In this document: piece after piece, positions 1 to 9,171 of the stretch
Layout: each line of letters opens with the position of its first letter
Position numbering within the stretch: the stretch's first letter is position 1
From: Candidatus Anderseniibacteriota bacterium
GTDB taxonomy: Bacteria; Patescibacteriota; Andersenbacteria; UBA10190
Direction of reading: 5' to 3'
Assembly (NCBI GenBank): GCA_040876835.1
Contig: JBBDOX010000007.1
Span: forward strand, 7,916 to 71,915
Length of the DNA: 64,000 nucleotides
Position numbers and translations under genes: made by a program
The notes under the pieces: generated by a model
The model's input: only the letters and a program-made list of their open reading frames with translations
Told to the model about the DNA's origin: nothing
The model's database searches: none

Positions 1-2
1 AC

Positions 3-950
3 ATTGCTACGGCTGTAAGTGGAGCACAGTCTGTTCTTGTGGCCGCCCACGCTCGACCTGATGGAGATGCACTGGGATCCACCCTCGCTCTTTTCCATAC
101 TCTTTCAGAACAAGGCAAGCAAGTGACGATGTATATCCCTGACCCGGCTCCGGACTTTTTTGCTTTCCTGCCTAGTATTGAGCAGATCACTCACGTTAAA
201 CCAGACACTAGTGCTTTTGATGTGTTTTTTATTGTGGACTGCACCTCGGCTGCCAGGGCCCAGCTAGCAGAAGAGGTGGCAGCTCACCCGAATGTAATCA
301 ACATTGATCATCATCGCGGCAACGCCGAAGAGGGCATTATTAATCTCATCGTACCGGAAGCTGCTGCTACCACGTATATTCTCTTCGAACTGTTTCAGTC
401 TCTTGGATGGCCAATTAACAAGGATGTAGCCACAAGTCTGCTGACAGGCATATTCACAGACACGGGCTCCTTCATGCACGACTCGGTCACTCCTGACTTA
501 CTAGAAATTGCCGCCTTCCTGATGAAAAAAGGGGCTCGCTTATCTCACATCGCTCACGAAACATATCAGAAAAAGGAGCTTCCTGGTCTTAAGATCTGGG
601 GACGGGTACTGTCGGGCATTACTATTGATTCTAAAACAGAAACAGCTGTTTCTGTTGTTACCCAGCAAGATCTTAAAGAATGCAACGCTACAATAGATGA
701 CTTGGAAGGAGTCGTGAGTATGATCAATACGCTTCCCGATACCAAACTCGCTATGCTGCTTGTGCAGCTGGGACCAGGAATGATCAAGGGCAGCTTGCGA
801 TCGGAGCCCCACAAGGGAGTGGACGTCAGCAAGCTTGCCAAACGCCTCGGGGGAGGCGGGCACACCCTAGCCGCTGGATTTGAGATTGAAGGGGACATAG
901 TTCGCGAAAATGATACGTGGCGCGTTATCCCTCCGGCATCAACATCATGA
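3..950 (+). CDS. nrnA: DHH/DHHA1 phosphoesterase (NrnA-type oligoribonuclease/pAp phosphatase), 5'-truncated by window edge
   Basis: Motifs H-x-x-PDGDALGS, IVD, NIDHH, TDTGSF, GSLRS, GGGGH. The frame is open from position 3, so the true start lies upstream of the window. Confidence 0.85.
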   Translation: MATAVSGAQSVLVAAHARPDGDALGSTLALFHTLSEQGKQVTMYIPDPAPDFFAFLPSIEQITHVKPDTSAFDVFFIVDCTSAARAQLAEEVAAHPNVINIDHHRGNAEEGIINLIVPEAAATTYILFELFQSLGWPINKDVATSLLTGIFTDTGSFMHDSVTPDLLEIAAFLMKKGARLSHIAHETYQKKELPGLKIWGRVLSGITIDSKTETAVSVVTQQDLKECNATIDDLEGVVSMINTLPDTKLAMLLVQLGPGMIKGSLRSEPHKGVDVSKLAKRLGGGGHTLAAGFEIEGDIVRENDTWRVIPPASTS

Positions 951-1750
951 GCACAGTACGATTTCTTGTTTTCGGAGACGTGATGGGACGTCTGGGACGT
1001 GCTGGTATTACCCGGATATTGCCGGCATTGCGTGAAGAGCACCATCCTGATGCTATTATCATCAACATTGAAAACATGGCTCACGGTAAAGGAGTCTCGC
1101 CAAGCACTCTCCAGGAAGCGCTGACATGGAAGGCTGATGTATACACGACAGGAGACCACGCCTGGGATTACAAAACAGCTGATGAGCTGCTGAATGACTC
1201 CAGGACCCCCATGATTCGTCCCGCCAATTACTCTGATAATTTTTCAGGGCGGGGGTATCACATATTTTCAATGGGCTTGGTTACGGTTGCTGTCATGCAA
1301 CTTCAGGGACAGGTTTTCATGAAGACGGAACCTGCTAATCCTTTTCGTGATCTTGATCGCTTGCTTAAAATTCCAGCAATCGCTGCCGCGGATATTCGTC
1401 TGCTCGACTTTCATGCCGAGGCCACCAGCGAAAAACGAGGTATGGGCTGGCATGGAGACGGGCGAATATCGGCGATGTGGGGAACTCACACACATATCCC
1501 CACAGCCGATGCTCAGATCCTGCCGGAAGGAACAGGCTATATCTCCGACGTTGGTATGAATGGTGCCTATTATTCAATTATTGGAATGGCACCCGACGGG
1601 CCACTATATCGCTTCCGTACTGATCACAAAGCCCGTCTAGAGCCCCCCAATGAGGGGCCAATTGAGATTAATGCTGTACGCTTTGATATTGATCCGACCA
1701 ATAGTAAAACAACTGACATTGCGTTTATTCGAAAAATCCTGAATGATTAA
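947..1750 (+). CDS. ymdB: YmdB/TIGR00282-family metallophosphoesterase
   Basis: GDVMG, NIEN, TTGDH, RPAN, DFHAEATSEK, GTHTHIPTAD, SDVGMNG motifs; ATG overlaps the upstream TGA (ATGA at 947-950). Confidence 0.9.
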   Translation: MSTVRFLVFGDVMGRLGRAGITRILPALREEHHPDAIIINIENMAHGKGVSPSTLQEALTWKADVYTTGDHAWDYKTADELLNDSRTPMIRPANYSDNFSGRGYHIFSMGLVTVAVMQLQGQVFMKTEPANPFRDLDRLLKIPAIAAADIRLLDFHAEATSEKRGMGWHGDGRISAMWGTHTHIPTADAQILPEGTGYISDVGMNGAYYSIIGMAPDGPLYRFRTDHKARLEPPNEGPIEINAVRFDIDPTNSKTTDIAFIRKILND

Positions 1751-1795
1751 GAAGAAGTTTAGACGTTTATAAAGCCAATTGGAGGTGAACCATCT

Positions 1796-2074
1796 ATGTT
1801 AAACAAACAATCCCTGATTGACCGCGTTACAGATATTACCCGCCTGCCGCGCAAACATGTTGAAGAGGTTATCAATGCTTTTCTCGACCTCGTTATCGAA
1901 AAATTATCGATGGACCAAAAAATTAACTTGTCAGGATTTGGTATTTTTGAAGTAAAAGTCCGCAAAGGACGGCGGGGGGTTAACCCTCGAAATCCCGATG
2001 AAGAGATTCGTGTTCCTGATGTGCGAGTAGCCAAGTTCCGCGCTGGAAAAACTCTAAAAGAAGCAGTTAAATAA
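1796..2074 (+). CDS. hup: HU family DNA-binding protein
   Basis: LNKQSLI N-terminus, LSGFGIFEV, RRGVNPR, KFRAGKTLKEAVK; strong SD GGAGGTGA upstream. Confidence 0.95.
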   Translation: MLNKQSLIDRVTDITRLPRKHVEEVINAFLDLVIEKLSMDQKINLSGFGIFEVKVRKGRRGVNPRNPDEEIRVPDVRVAKFRAGKTLKEAVK

Positions 2075-2127
2075 TTGCTTGACTTTATAGCCTGAAATTG
2101 ATTAACTGGCACAATCAGTTAATTTTT

Positions 2128-2198
2128 CGGGGCGTCGTATACCGGTAGTACGCATGGTTTGGGACCATGTAGATTGGGTTCGATTCCCAACGCCCCGA
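2128..2198 (+). tRNA. tRNA-Pro(TGG), CCA not encoded
   Basis: Acceptor stem CGGGGCG/CGCCCCG, anticodon arm CATGG-TT TGG GA-CCATG, T-arm TTGGG TTCGATT CCCAA. Confidence 0.95.
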
Positions 2199-2227
2199 CA
2201 CATATTGTAGTGGTATACTTAAAGTAG

Positions 2228-2596
2228 ATGAATTCCACTGGCACCCTCGTCATACTACTGCTTGTCTTTTTGACAGCCATCCTTATTGCCCTTATTCGGG
2301 CTGAAGGTGGACTGCAGCCTACATTAGAGCGTGCTGCGGAGTTTAATATCCCAACACCCAAGCCTCGGCCTTCAACTTCACCTACTTCCAGTAGTGCTAA
2401 CCCGTTCACTTCTGGTAATTCGCGGTTTAGTCAGGGTCGGTGTACTACAGATACAGAATGCCGCCCCAGCGGTTGTGGTGGGGAAGTGTGTACGAGCACA
2501 GGAGATGTCATAACAACATGCGAATACAGTGATTCCTTTCCTGACGCTCAAGGACTGTCCTGTGGGTGTGTTAATACTGTTTGTGGGTGGAAATAG
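2228..2596 (+). CDS. Membrane-anchored small protein with C-terminal eight-cysteine-cluster domain
   Basis: N-terminal TM helix, Pro/Ser/Thr linker, 8 Cys in CxxDxECxxxGCxGEVC...TTCE...CGCxxxxCGW. Confidence 0.75.
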   Translation: MNSTGTLVILLLVFLTAILIALIRAEGGLQPTLERAAEFNIPTPKPRPSTSPTSSSANPFTSGNSRFSQGRCTTDTECRPSGCGGEVCTSTGDVITTCEYSDSFPDAQGLSCGCVNTVCGWK

Positions 2597-2613
2597 GACG
2601 GGGAAGTAGTTTG

Positions 2614-2684
2614 AGCGAGTGAGGGGAATCGAACCCCTGGCATCAGCTTGGAAAGCTGAGGTATTACCATTATACGACACTCGC
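2614..2684 (-). tRNA. tRNA-Gly(TCC), CCA not encoded
   Basis: Reverse complement GCGAGTG...CACTCGC acceptor stem, anticodon arm TCAGC-TT TCC AA-GCTGA, T-arm AGGGG TTCGATT CCCCT. Confidence 0.95.
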
Positions 2685-2764
2685 GTAGTATATCTTGTTT
2701 ACGGCAAATATTTCGGAGCGTCAACCTCTCTTGGGCTCTGGTTCTAGCATGATATAATAGTGAA

Positions 2765-3184
2765 ATGAAATACGGCCGATACGGATGGTCACATCTGTTT
2801 ATGAGCTGGGGGTTAGGAATAGTTTTTTTATGGATTGGTTTCGACATGCTGCGTCATCCAGAGTCCTGGATTGGTTTCCTGCCTCAGCGTATTCCTTTTG
2901 ATCTCTCCCGAGAAACCGCCCTGCAGATAAATGGAATTATGGATGCAGCTCTTGGTGCCCTTCTCATTCTGCGCTGGTGGCAGAAAATCGTCGCTATTAT
3001 TGCTGCTGGTCACCTGATTGGTGTTGTAGCATATAACGGTATTGATGCTGTTTTGATTCGAGACATCGGATTACTTGGTACAGCCATTGCGCTACTGCTC
3101 TGGCCAACCAAGTATCGCAAGCGCCGGTTTTCCAGAATCTTTACACGGTCCAGCAGATCGTCCGATGAGGGTGATACTGAATAA
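2765..3184 (+). CDS. DoxX-like membrane protein
   Basis: Four hydrophobic segments, GLGIVFLWIG start, G.LLI, IRDIGLLG pattern typical of DoxX. Confidence 0.65.
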   Translation: MKYGRYGWSHLFMSWGLGIVFLWIGFDMLRHPESWIGFLPQRIPFDLSRETALQINGIMDAALGALLILRWWQKIVAIIAAGHLIGVVAYNGIDAVLIRDIGLLGTAIALLLWPTKYRKRRFSRIFTRSSRSSDEGDTE

Positions 3185-3205
3185 CATAAAATATCTTTCA
3201 AGCCA

Positions 3206-3240
3206 GTAAAACAGCTCACAATACCGTGAGCTGTTTTTAC
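3206..3240. terminator. Bidirectional intrinsic terminator
   Basis: AAAACAGCTCAC-aatacc-GTGAGCTGTTTT between convergent genes. Confidence 0.8.
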
Positions 3241-3257
3241 CTCTAACTTTCTAGACC

Positions 3258-4397
3258 TTAGAACACTGCCATTGGATTTGTCGGCTTGCCGTTACGTCGT
3301 ACTTCAAAGTGAACGTGGGGTCCAGTAGATCGTCCGGTTGAACCCATCTTTCCGATGGCATCCCCACTCGAGACTTTTTGACCCTTAGCTACATAGAATG
3401 CATCCAAGTGAGCGTAGTAGGTGGTAAGACCACCGCCGTGATTGATAATGATAAGATTGCCATATCCACCGAGCCAGCCACGGAATTCCACCACTCCACC
3501 CTGAGAGGCAAAGACTGACGGGCGAGAACGGTTATCAATATCAATACCGGTGTGACCGCCACGGAAGTACTGCGAGATGTGCTTGCTTGTTGTTGGCCAG
3601 ACCCATCCGCCGCCGGGAGATACCGGAGCCGGTTCTGGTGTGGGGCCTGATTCTTCTTCGCGGGCAATGCGAGTATTTCCAGAGACCACCGCAGGGGCGG
3701 AGCGTTGTTCAACATACCCATCAGGTACTATCAGTTTTTGACCAATCGAAAGACGTGATCCGTCTCCCAGGTTGTTGTAGGTTAGAACATCCGCAGCCTT
3801 AGCATCGTATTTGTTTGCAATACCCAACACCGTATCTCCGGAGGTAACCGTATGCAGTACCCCTGTCGTAGGCAGAATTGTTATATGGTCTCCAGCCTTA
3901 ATAACAGTCTTGCTATTAAGTCCGTTGGCCCATAGGACTGTATTAACACTGACATCAAACTTGGCGGCAATTCCGGCAATGGTATCGTCTTCCTGAACAG
4001 TATACACATGCGGCTTGCCGGGGGTAGAGGGGCGAGGATCACCTGCATCTCCACTGTCCTCACTCCCAGGCTCTGGGACTACCGGTTGCAGAGGCGCTAC
4101 CACGGCGTTACCACCTAGGGTTTGAGCAAATGTGACTTCAGGGTCATCAAAGGTAATGAGGTTAACGTCCGAGGCATCCACGACTGCTAAACGAGCACCG
4201 CCTGTACCCGGAGCATCAGTTTGGGCATAGGCGGAAGGATCGAGAGGGCCTTCAGTAATCTCTTCGCCGGAAATAAGAGAGTAGAGAAGTGAGCTACGAT
4301 CAATGGTAGTAGTTTGCTGACTTTGCCAGACAACGGCCGTCATTAAACCAAAAAAGGCAGCATGGACAGCTGACTTTTTCGTAAGTCCACCCCGCAC
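3258..4397 (-). CDS. LysM x2 + M23 peptidase (cell wall hydrolase); start uncertain, frame open to ~4538
   Basis: Two LysM repeats (YTVQEDDTIAGIAAKF; HTVTSGDTVLGIANKY); M23 motifs HTGID, YAHL, STGPHVHFE. Confidence 0.9.
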   Translation of the reverse strand: MRGGLTKKSAVHAAFFGLMTAVVWQSQQTTTIDRSSLLYSLISGEEITEGPLDPSAYAQTDAPGTGGARLAVVDASDVNLITFDDPEVTFAQTLGGNAVVAPLQPVVPEPGSEDSGDAGDPRPSTPGKPHVYTVQEDDTIAGIAAKFDVSVNTVLWANGLNSKTVIKAGDHITILPTTGVLHTVTSGDTVLGIANKYDAKAADVLTYNNLGDGSRLSIGQKLIVPDGYVEQRSAPAVVSGNTRIAREEESGPTPEPAPVSPGGGWVWPTTSKHISQYFRGGHTGIDIDNRSRPSVFASQGGVVEFRGWLGGYGNLIIINHGGGLTTYYAHLDAFYVAKGQKVSSGDAIGKMGSTGRSTGPHVHFEVRRNGKPTNPMAVF

Positions 4398-4651
4398 CCG
4401 AGCAGCAATCTTGGTTGAAGAAGACTGCGCACGGTCCTTCCCATGCAGGTCATTGATATAGTTGCGGCGAAGCGAAGAAGTGAATCTACGCTTTAGTTGT
4501 CGCTTTGGTAAAATATATGGATTCCTTCGTCGAGATACGGCCCCCCTCTAAAGCCTTTCAAATCGCGCGTATCTACTGACAAAATGAGTATGTTTGTGTT
4601 GAATCCTTGTTTATATTTGTCAGGTTGCCCTGACACTTATGACAAGAAGGC

Positions 4652-4679
4652 ATTGTAGGCGACTACCGGGTGGGGTCAA
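4652..4679 (-). promoter_or_regulatory. Sigma70-type promoter of the LysM/M23 gene
   Basis: Minus strand TTGACC-16 nt-TACAAT. Confidence 0.55.
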
Positions 4680-4762
4680 CATTGACATTATGCCACTTTA
4701 TTGTGAATTATGGCACATTTTGCCCTCTGCGGGTAAACACCCCTATATATTGATATTTTTCG

Positions 4763-4787
4763 TGTGGATAACCATTTCGAGTATACT
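4763..4787 (+). promoter_or_regulatory. Perfect DnaA box within the pcrA promoter
   Basis: TGTGGATAA at 4763-4771; -10 TATACT at 4782-4787, 6 nt before ATG. Confidence 0.55.
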
Positions 4788-4793
4788 TAGGGG

Positions 4794-6926
4794 ATGCAAA
4801 ATCCCCTTCATGGCCTCAACGAGCAGCAGCAGCAAGTCGTACAGGCCACCCACGGGCCACTGTTAGTACTAGCGGGCGCGGGATCAGGAAAAACCAAAGC
4901 CTTAACCCACCGGATCGCCTATTTACTAACCCAGGGTATCGCTGCCCCTCACCAGATTGCTGCCGTTACGTTTACTAATAAGGCGGCCAAGGAAATGAAG
5001 GAGCGCATAGGCAGACTCCTGCCATCCTCTGATTTATTACCTTCAGCTGTCAGCACCTTTCACAGCCTGGGAGTTAAGCTACTCCGGGAACAAGTAATTT
5101 ATACAGCCCGTGCAAAAGCCTTTACCATCATGGACAGCTCAGACAGTGAGAAGATTGTCCGCACGACCCTCAAGGAGCAAAATATCAGTTTACGCGACGT
5201 AAGCCCGCGCACCATGCGACAGCGTATCTCCACTGCTAAGAACGCAGGGCAGACTCCGCAGCATATTCTCACGCACGCTGAGAATCCATCCGACGAATTA
5301 CTAGGTCGATCGTTTGCCCGCTATGAAGAGCTGCTGGCTAAAAGTAATGCATACGATTTTGACGATCTATTACTGGAACCGGTTCGTCTCCTGGATCAGC
5401 ATCCGGAGGTTCGAGCGATGTATCAAGCCCGCTGGCGCTTTTTATCAGTCGATGAGTATCAGGATACAAACCCTATCCAGGATCGCTTACTGCGCCTACT
5501 GCTTGGTTCGGAGCAAAACATCTGCGTCGTAGGCGACGACTATCAGGCAATCTACTCTTGGCGAGGTGCTAATGTTGATCACATTCTGCGATTTGAGCAG
5601 CATTACCCCAACTGTCAGGTTATATACCTAACCCAGAATTACCGATCCACTCCTCAAATTCTGGAAGCGGCCAACGTCGTCATTGCCCATAATACGGAGC
5701 AAAAGCACAAGGAGTTATGGACGACAAATAAAACAGGTAACTCAGTACAATTAAATACTCTGGCATCCGACCGACAGGAAGCAGGCTGGGTGCGAGAACA
5801 AATCCAGGACCACGTACGCGAGGGAGGCCAGCTACGCGATTGTGCCATCTTGTATCGCACCAACGCTCAATCCCGTCTTTTTGAAGAAGAGTTTTTAACT
5901 CACCGGATGCCTTACACTATTGTTGGTGGATTCCGCTTCTATGATCGACGAGAAATTAAAGATGCCTTAGCTTTTCTTTATGCTTGGATAAATCCTTCAG
6001 CGCGACTGCCTCTCGAGCGCATCGCCAGCGCCCTATTGCAACGCATTGGACCTAAAACGATTGATCGATGGGAAAACGCAGCCCAGCAACAGGGCATTCC
6101 TCTGCGAACGTACATACTGCAGGAAGCAACCACAAAGCCGCAGCTCCGAGCGCTGGCCAAGGCCTTTCGGCAAGCTGAAGGAAAAGAGTATGAACATGTT
6201 TCAGATCTTTTACGTGACCTCCTAATCACAAGTGGGTATATAGATAGCCTAAAATCCGACCCCGAGGGAGAGGAGCGTGAACAGAATATCGAGGAACTAT
6301 ACACCGTCGCGTCAGCATATACCGATCTGGAAACCTTTCTGGAAGACGTCGCTCTCTTAAGTGACCTGGACACCATGGAGGAGTCTTCTGATCGCGTGAC
6401 CTGTATGACCCTCCACGCCTCCAAAGGCCTGGAGTTTCCAGTGGTATTTGTGGTCGGTCTGGAAGAAGGTCTACTGCCACACATTAATAGCTTTGACTCC
6501 CAGGCTTCAATGGAAGAAGAGCGCCGCCTGCTGTACGTGGGGATGACGCGCGCCCGACAGAAGCTAATGATTACTCACGCTGCCCAACGCTACCGCGCTG
6601 GAGAGATGACTCCCCAACTGCCTTCACGCTTTTTGGACCACTTACCCGAACAGGTTGAGCGCATCTCACACTCGTCGGCGCTATCTGGTCTTGCTTTTGA
6701 TAATGATGCGAGTGATGACCTTCATTCGTTCCTCCTACAAGCGACCCCCGCAGTGGTAACAAGCGGGGAACCCGTGATGACTCACGTAAGCGCGGGTGAA
6801 TTTGTAAACCATCCTCAGTTCGGTCGGGGAGTAGTGATTGACACAACTGGCCAATATATTACCTGCGTGTTCGAACGACATGGCGTAAAACAGGTAGAAA
6901 GCTCAACGGTTGCTCCCCCTCTGTGA
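4794..6926 (+). CDS. pcrA: UvrD/PcrA ATP-dependent DNA helicase
   Basis: LAGAGSGKT, TFTNKAA, VDEYQDTN, VGDDYQAIYSWRGA, QNYRST, TLHASKGLEF, EERRLLYVGMTRA; C-terminal HPQFGRG Tudor-like tail. Confidence 0.95.
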   Translation: MQNPLHGLNEQQQQVVQATHGPLLVLAGAGSGKTKALTHRIAYLLTQGIAAPHQIAAVTFTNKAAKEMKERIGRLLPSSDLLPSAVSTFHSLGVKLLREQVIYTARAKAFTIMDSSDSEKIVRTTLKEQNISLRDVSPRTMRQRISTAKNAGQTPQHILTHAENPSDELLGRSFARYEELLAKSNAYDFDDLLLEPVRLLDQHPEVRAMYQARWRFLSVDEYQDTNPIQDRLLRLLLGSEQNICVVGDDYQAIYSWRGANVDHILRFEQHYPNCQVIYLTQNYRSTPQILEAANVVIAHNTEQKHKELWTTNKTGNSVQLNTLASDRQEAGWVREQIQDHVREGGQLRDCAILYRTNAQSRLFEEEFLTHRMPYTIVGGFRFYDRREIKDALAFLYAWINPSARLPLERIASALLQRIGPKTIDRWENAAQQQGIPLRTYILQEATTKPQLRALAKAFRQAEGKEYEHVSDLLRDLLITSGYIDSLKSDPEGEEREQNIEELYTVASAYTDLETFLEDVALLSDLDTMEESSDRVTCMTLHASKGLEFPVVFVVGLEEGLLPHINSFDSQASMEEERRLLYVGMTRARQKLMITHAAQRYRAGEMTPQLPSRFLDHLPEQVERISHSSALSGLAFDNDASDDLHSFLLQATPAVVTSGEPVMTHVSAGEFVNHPQFGRGVVIDTTGQYITCVFERHGVKQVESSTVAPPL

Positions 6927-7765
6927 TCCCGCGCTTATCCGACATCACGCAACTTCGAGATTTTCTGGATCATCACAACATATCCCCTTCAAAGTCGATG
7001 GGACAGAATTTTCTCGTATCCGAAGAAGTAGTTGAAAGTATCGTAGAGGTAGCCCAAACGGGACCTCGCACCGTCACCGAGCTCGGCTCAGGGGTTGGTG
7101 TGCTCACTCAGGCCCTTGTTGAAAGCGGTTTTATGCTTCGAGCGATTGAAAAAGACGATGAATTTGCAGCCCTGTTGCCCTCGGTTATCTCTCCCAAAAA
7201 ACGTTCCAAGCTCACAGTTATTCATGAAGACTTAAAGGACGTTTCCTGGTCCCACGAAGAGCCCTATCAACTGATCGGAAATATTCCCTATAACCTGTCA
7301 GGATATATTTTCCGAATGCTTACTCAACTTGAACCTGCTCCAGTGCAGGCGATGCTGTTAGTTCAAAAAGAGGTAGGGCAGAGAGCTGTTGCCATACCGC
7401 CTGACATGAACCTTTTGAGTCTGGCAATTTCTCTGTGGGGGACCGCTCAGAAAGTGCTTAACGTCCCACCGAACTGTTTCTGGCCTCAACCCACCATTCA
7501 CTCGCAAATACTTCTTTTAGCTCCGCACACTCCGCCGTATCTTCCGGTAGAAAAACGAGAAGCAACTATGGGTATTGCCCGAGTATTCTTCCAGCAAAAA
7601 CGAAAACAAATCGGCGGAACTTTAAAGCGAGCACTGCACGCCCCGGACACCCTGCTATTACAAATAGAATCAGCCGGTATTTCACTTGATAGCCGGCCGC
7701 AGGAGCTCTCTGCTGAACAGTGGTACACTATATCAAAGCTATGCAAAAACGCTGGATTAGGCTGA
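6923..7765 (+). CDS. rsmA: 16S rRNA m6,6A dimethyltransferase RsmA/KsgA
   Basis: KSMGQNFL, ELGSGVGVLT, IEKD, GNIPYN, QKEV, F.P.P, FQQKRK. Confidence 0.92.
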   Translation: MIPRLSDITQLRDFLDHHNISPSKSMGQNFLVSEEVVESIVEVAQTGPRTVTELGSGVGVLTQALVESGFMLRAIEKDDEFAALLPSVISPKKRSKLTVIHEDLKDVSWSHEEPYQLIGNIPYNLSGYIFRMLTQLEPAPVQAMLLVQKEVGQRAVAIPPDMNLLSLAISLWGTAQKVLNVPPNCFWPQPTIHSQILLLAPHTPPYLPVEKREATMGIARVFFQQKRKQIGGTLKRALHAPDTLLLQIESAGISLDSRPQELSAEQWYTISKLCKNAGLG

Positions 7766-9147
7766 TCATCATCGCCCTCCTTGTGCTGCTAACGACCCTT
7801 GGGGCATGGTGGTTTTTTAGTCGTTCATCAGATATACCTGATGAAGATGGCTTATCTTTTTTTCAGTTTCCTACACCCGGGGATCGAACTGACCCTTTCG
7901 AACAAGAAGAAAGCCCCACAGCCGACGATACATCTAGCTCAGACACGCAGCCTCCACAATCTACGGACAACATCGCGGTAACCGTGCGCTATCAACGAGG
8001 GGACTCGTTTTCCTTGAGCATTACTGAGGCTACCTACAGCCCAAATCAACCAACAATTGCCCAGTACACCCCTCCAGGCGATAGCCCTTATTCTCAAGTT
8101 CAACTCCTTGATGCCAGCGGATCTGTTATTTCAGAGTACCGATTCGCTATTTCCACCCGCGGAATATTAGAAGGGCCCAATATTCAACATCAAACACTTG
8201 ATCTTCCCGAGAGCACTGCGTATCTCATTCTCCCTTCACCCCAGAAACAGGCGACCCATGTACGAATTATGGGCGCCAACGGGCAAGAGTTTGATAGGCA
8301 GGCGCTACCGGACATACCCATTACTAGTCTGCCTAACAATCCTTTGGCTTGGCTACGTCAGCTCGTTCCTGCAAATGTTTGGGCTCAATCAGGTTCTGAC
8401 AGCCGTTTCACTATTGTCGTTATTAACGAAACTACCGTATCGCCCAGCTCAGTGGATCCTGTCATAGTCGTCACAAGAGGCATCCTCGGTATTGATCCCT
8501 GGCGAATGTTCGCGGGGCAAGTCGACGTGGTACCGATCTATAACCAAAGTACGCTCCTGGGCTGCAATGTTGGATCGGGACAACCAATTTCATGTAAAGA
8601 CGATGCGCATGTAATGAAAACAGTCGCCAAGGAAGTTCCAGATTGGGACGCTATCCTAGTGGTAACTAACCTCGATTGCAACGACTGCGGGTACGTAGGT
8701 GAGACCTTCCCGCCAATTGCTGTGGTTGGAACTGCGGCTACTGTAAACTTAATAGTTCATGAGCTGGGACACGCCATTGGCAAATTACTGGACGAGTACT
8801 TATATCAACATGCCGATTTTCCAGACCAGCAGCCCCGCTACACCGGACCAAATTGTTTTAAAACTATTGATGAATGTCGCGCGGCTCTTGAGCCCTACCT
8901 AGGAGATCCACATGGAGAGTGCGCCGCTGGCTGTAACGGGGGCTCTAATGTAACCTTCCGTCCCGCCACCCGCATCATGCACAACACATTTATCCCGTTG
9001 GTGTTTGGTCCAGTTGAGCGATGTATTATGGGCAAAGCGATTGCCAAGGGTATTGGTCGAACATATGAGTGTACCCCTCAAACTTCGCCCGTACCTGATC
9101 CTACTCCCACCAACACCCCTGGAACATATTGGGGATGGTATCGGTAA
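7741..9147 (+). CDS. Membrane-anchored protein with C-terminal zinc metallopeptidase (M64/IgA-protease-like)
   Basis: N-terminal TM, acidic Ser/Thr/Pro linker, HELGHAIGKLLDEY motif, Cys-rich, FRP...IM...FGPV pattern. Confidence 0.6.
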   Translation: MQKRWIRLIIIALLVLLTTLGAWWFFSRSSDIPDEDGLSFFQFPTPGDRTDPFEQEESPTADDTSSSDTQPPQSTDNIAVTVRYQRGDSFSLSITEATYSPNQPTIAQYTPPGDSPYSQVQLLDASGSVISEYRFAISTRGILEGPNIQHQTLDLPESTAYLILPSPQKQATHVRIMGANGQEFDRQALPDIPITSLPNNPLAWLRQLVPANVWAQSGSDSRFTIVVINETTVSPSSVDPVIVVTRGILGIDPWRMFAGQVDVVPIYNQSTLLGCNVGSGQPISCKDDAHVMKTVAKEVPDWDAILVVTNLDCNDCGYVGETFPPIAVVGTAATVNLIVHELGHAIGKLLDEYLYQHADFPDQQPRYTGPNCFKTIDECRAALEPYLGDPHGECAAGCNGGSNVTFRPATRIMHNTFIPLVFGPVERCIMGKAIAKGIGRTYECTPQTSPVPDPTPTNTPGTYWGWYR

Positions 9148-9171
9148 AGATGTGATATATTAAGAGGTAAT

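Noticed and set aside
4550-4650. c-di-AMP (ydaO) or c-di-GMP riboswitch upstream of the wall hydrolase
   Set aside because: Conserved aptamer nucleotides are not present; only a single GNRA hairpin is visible.
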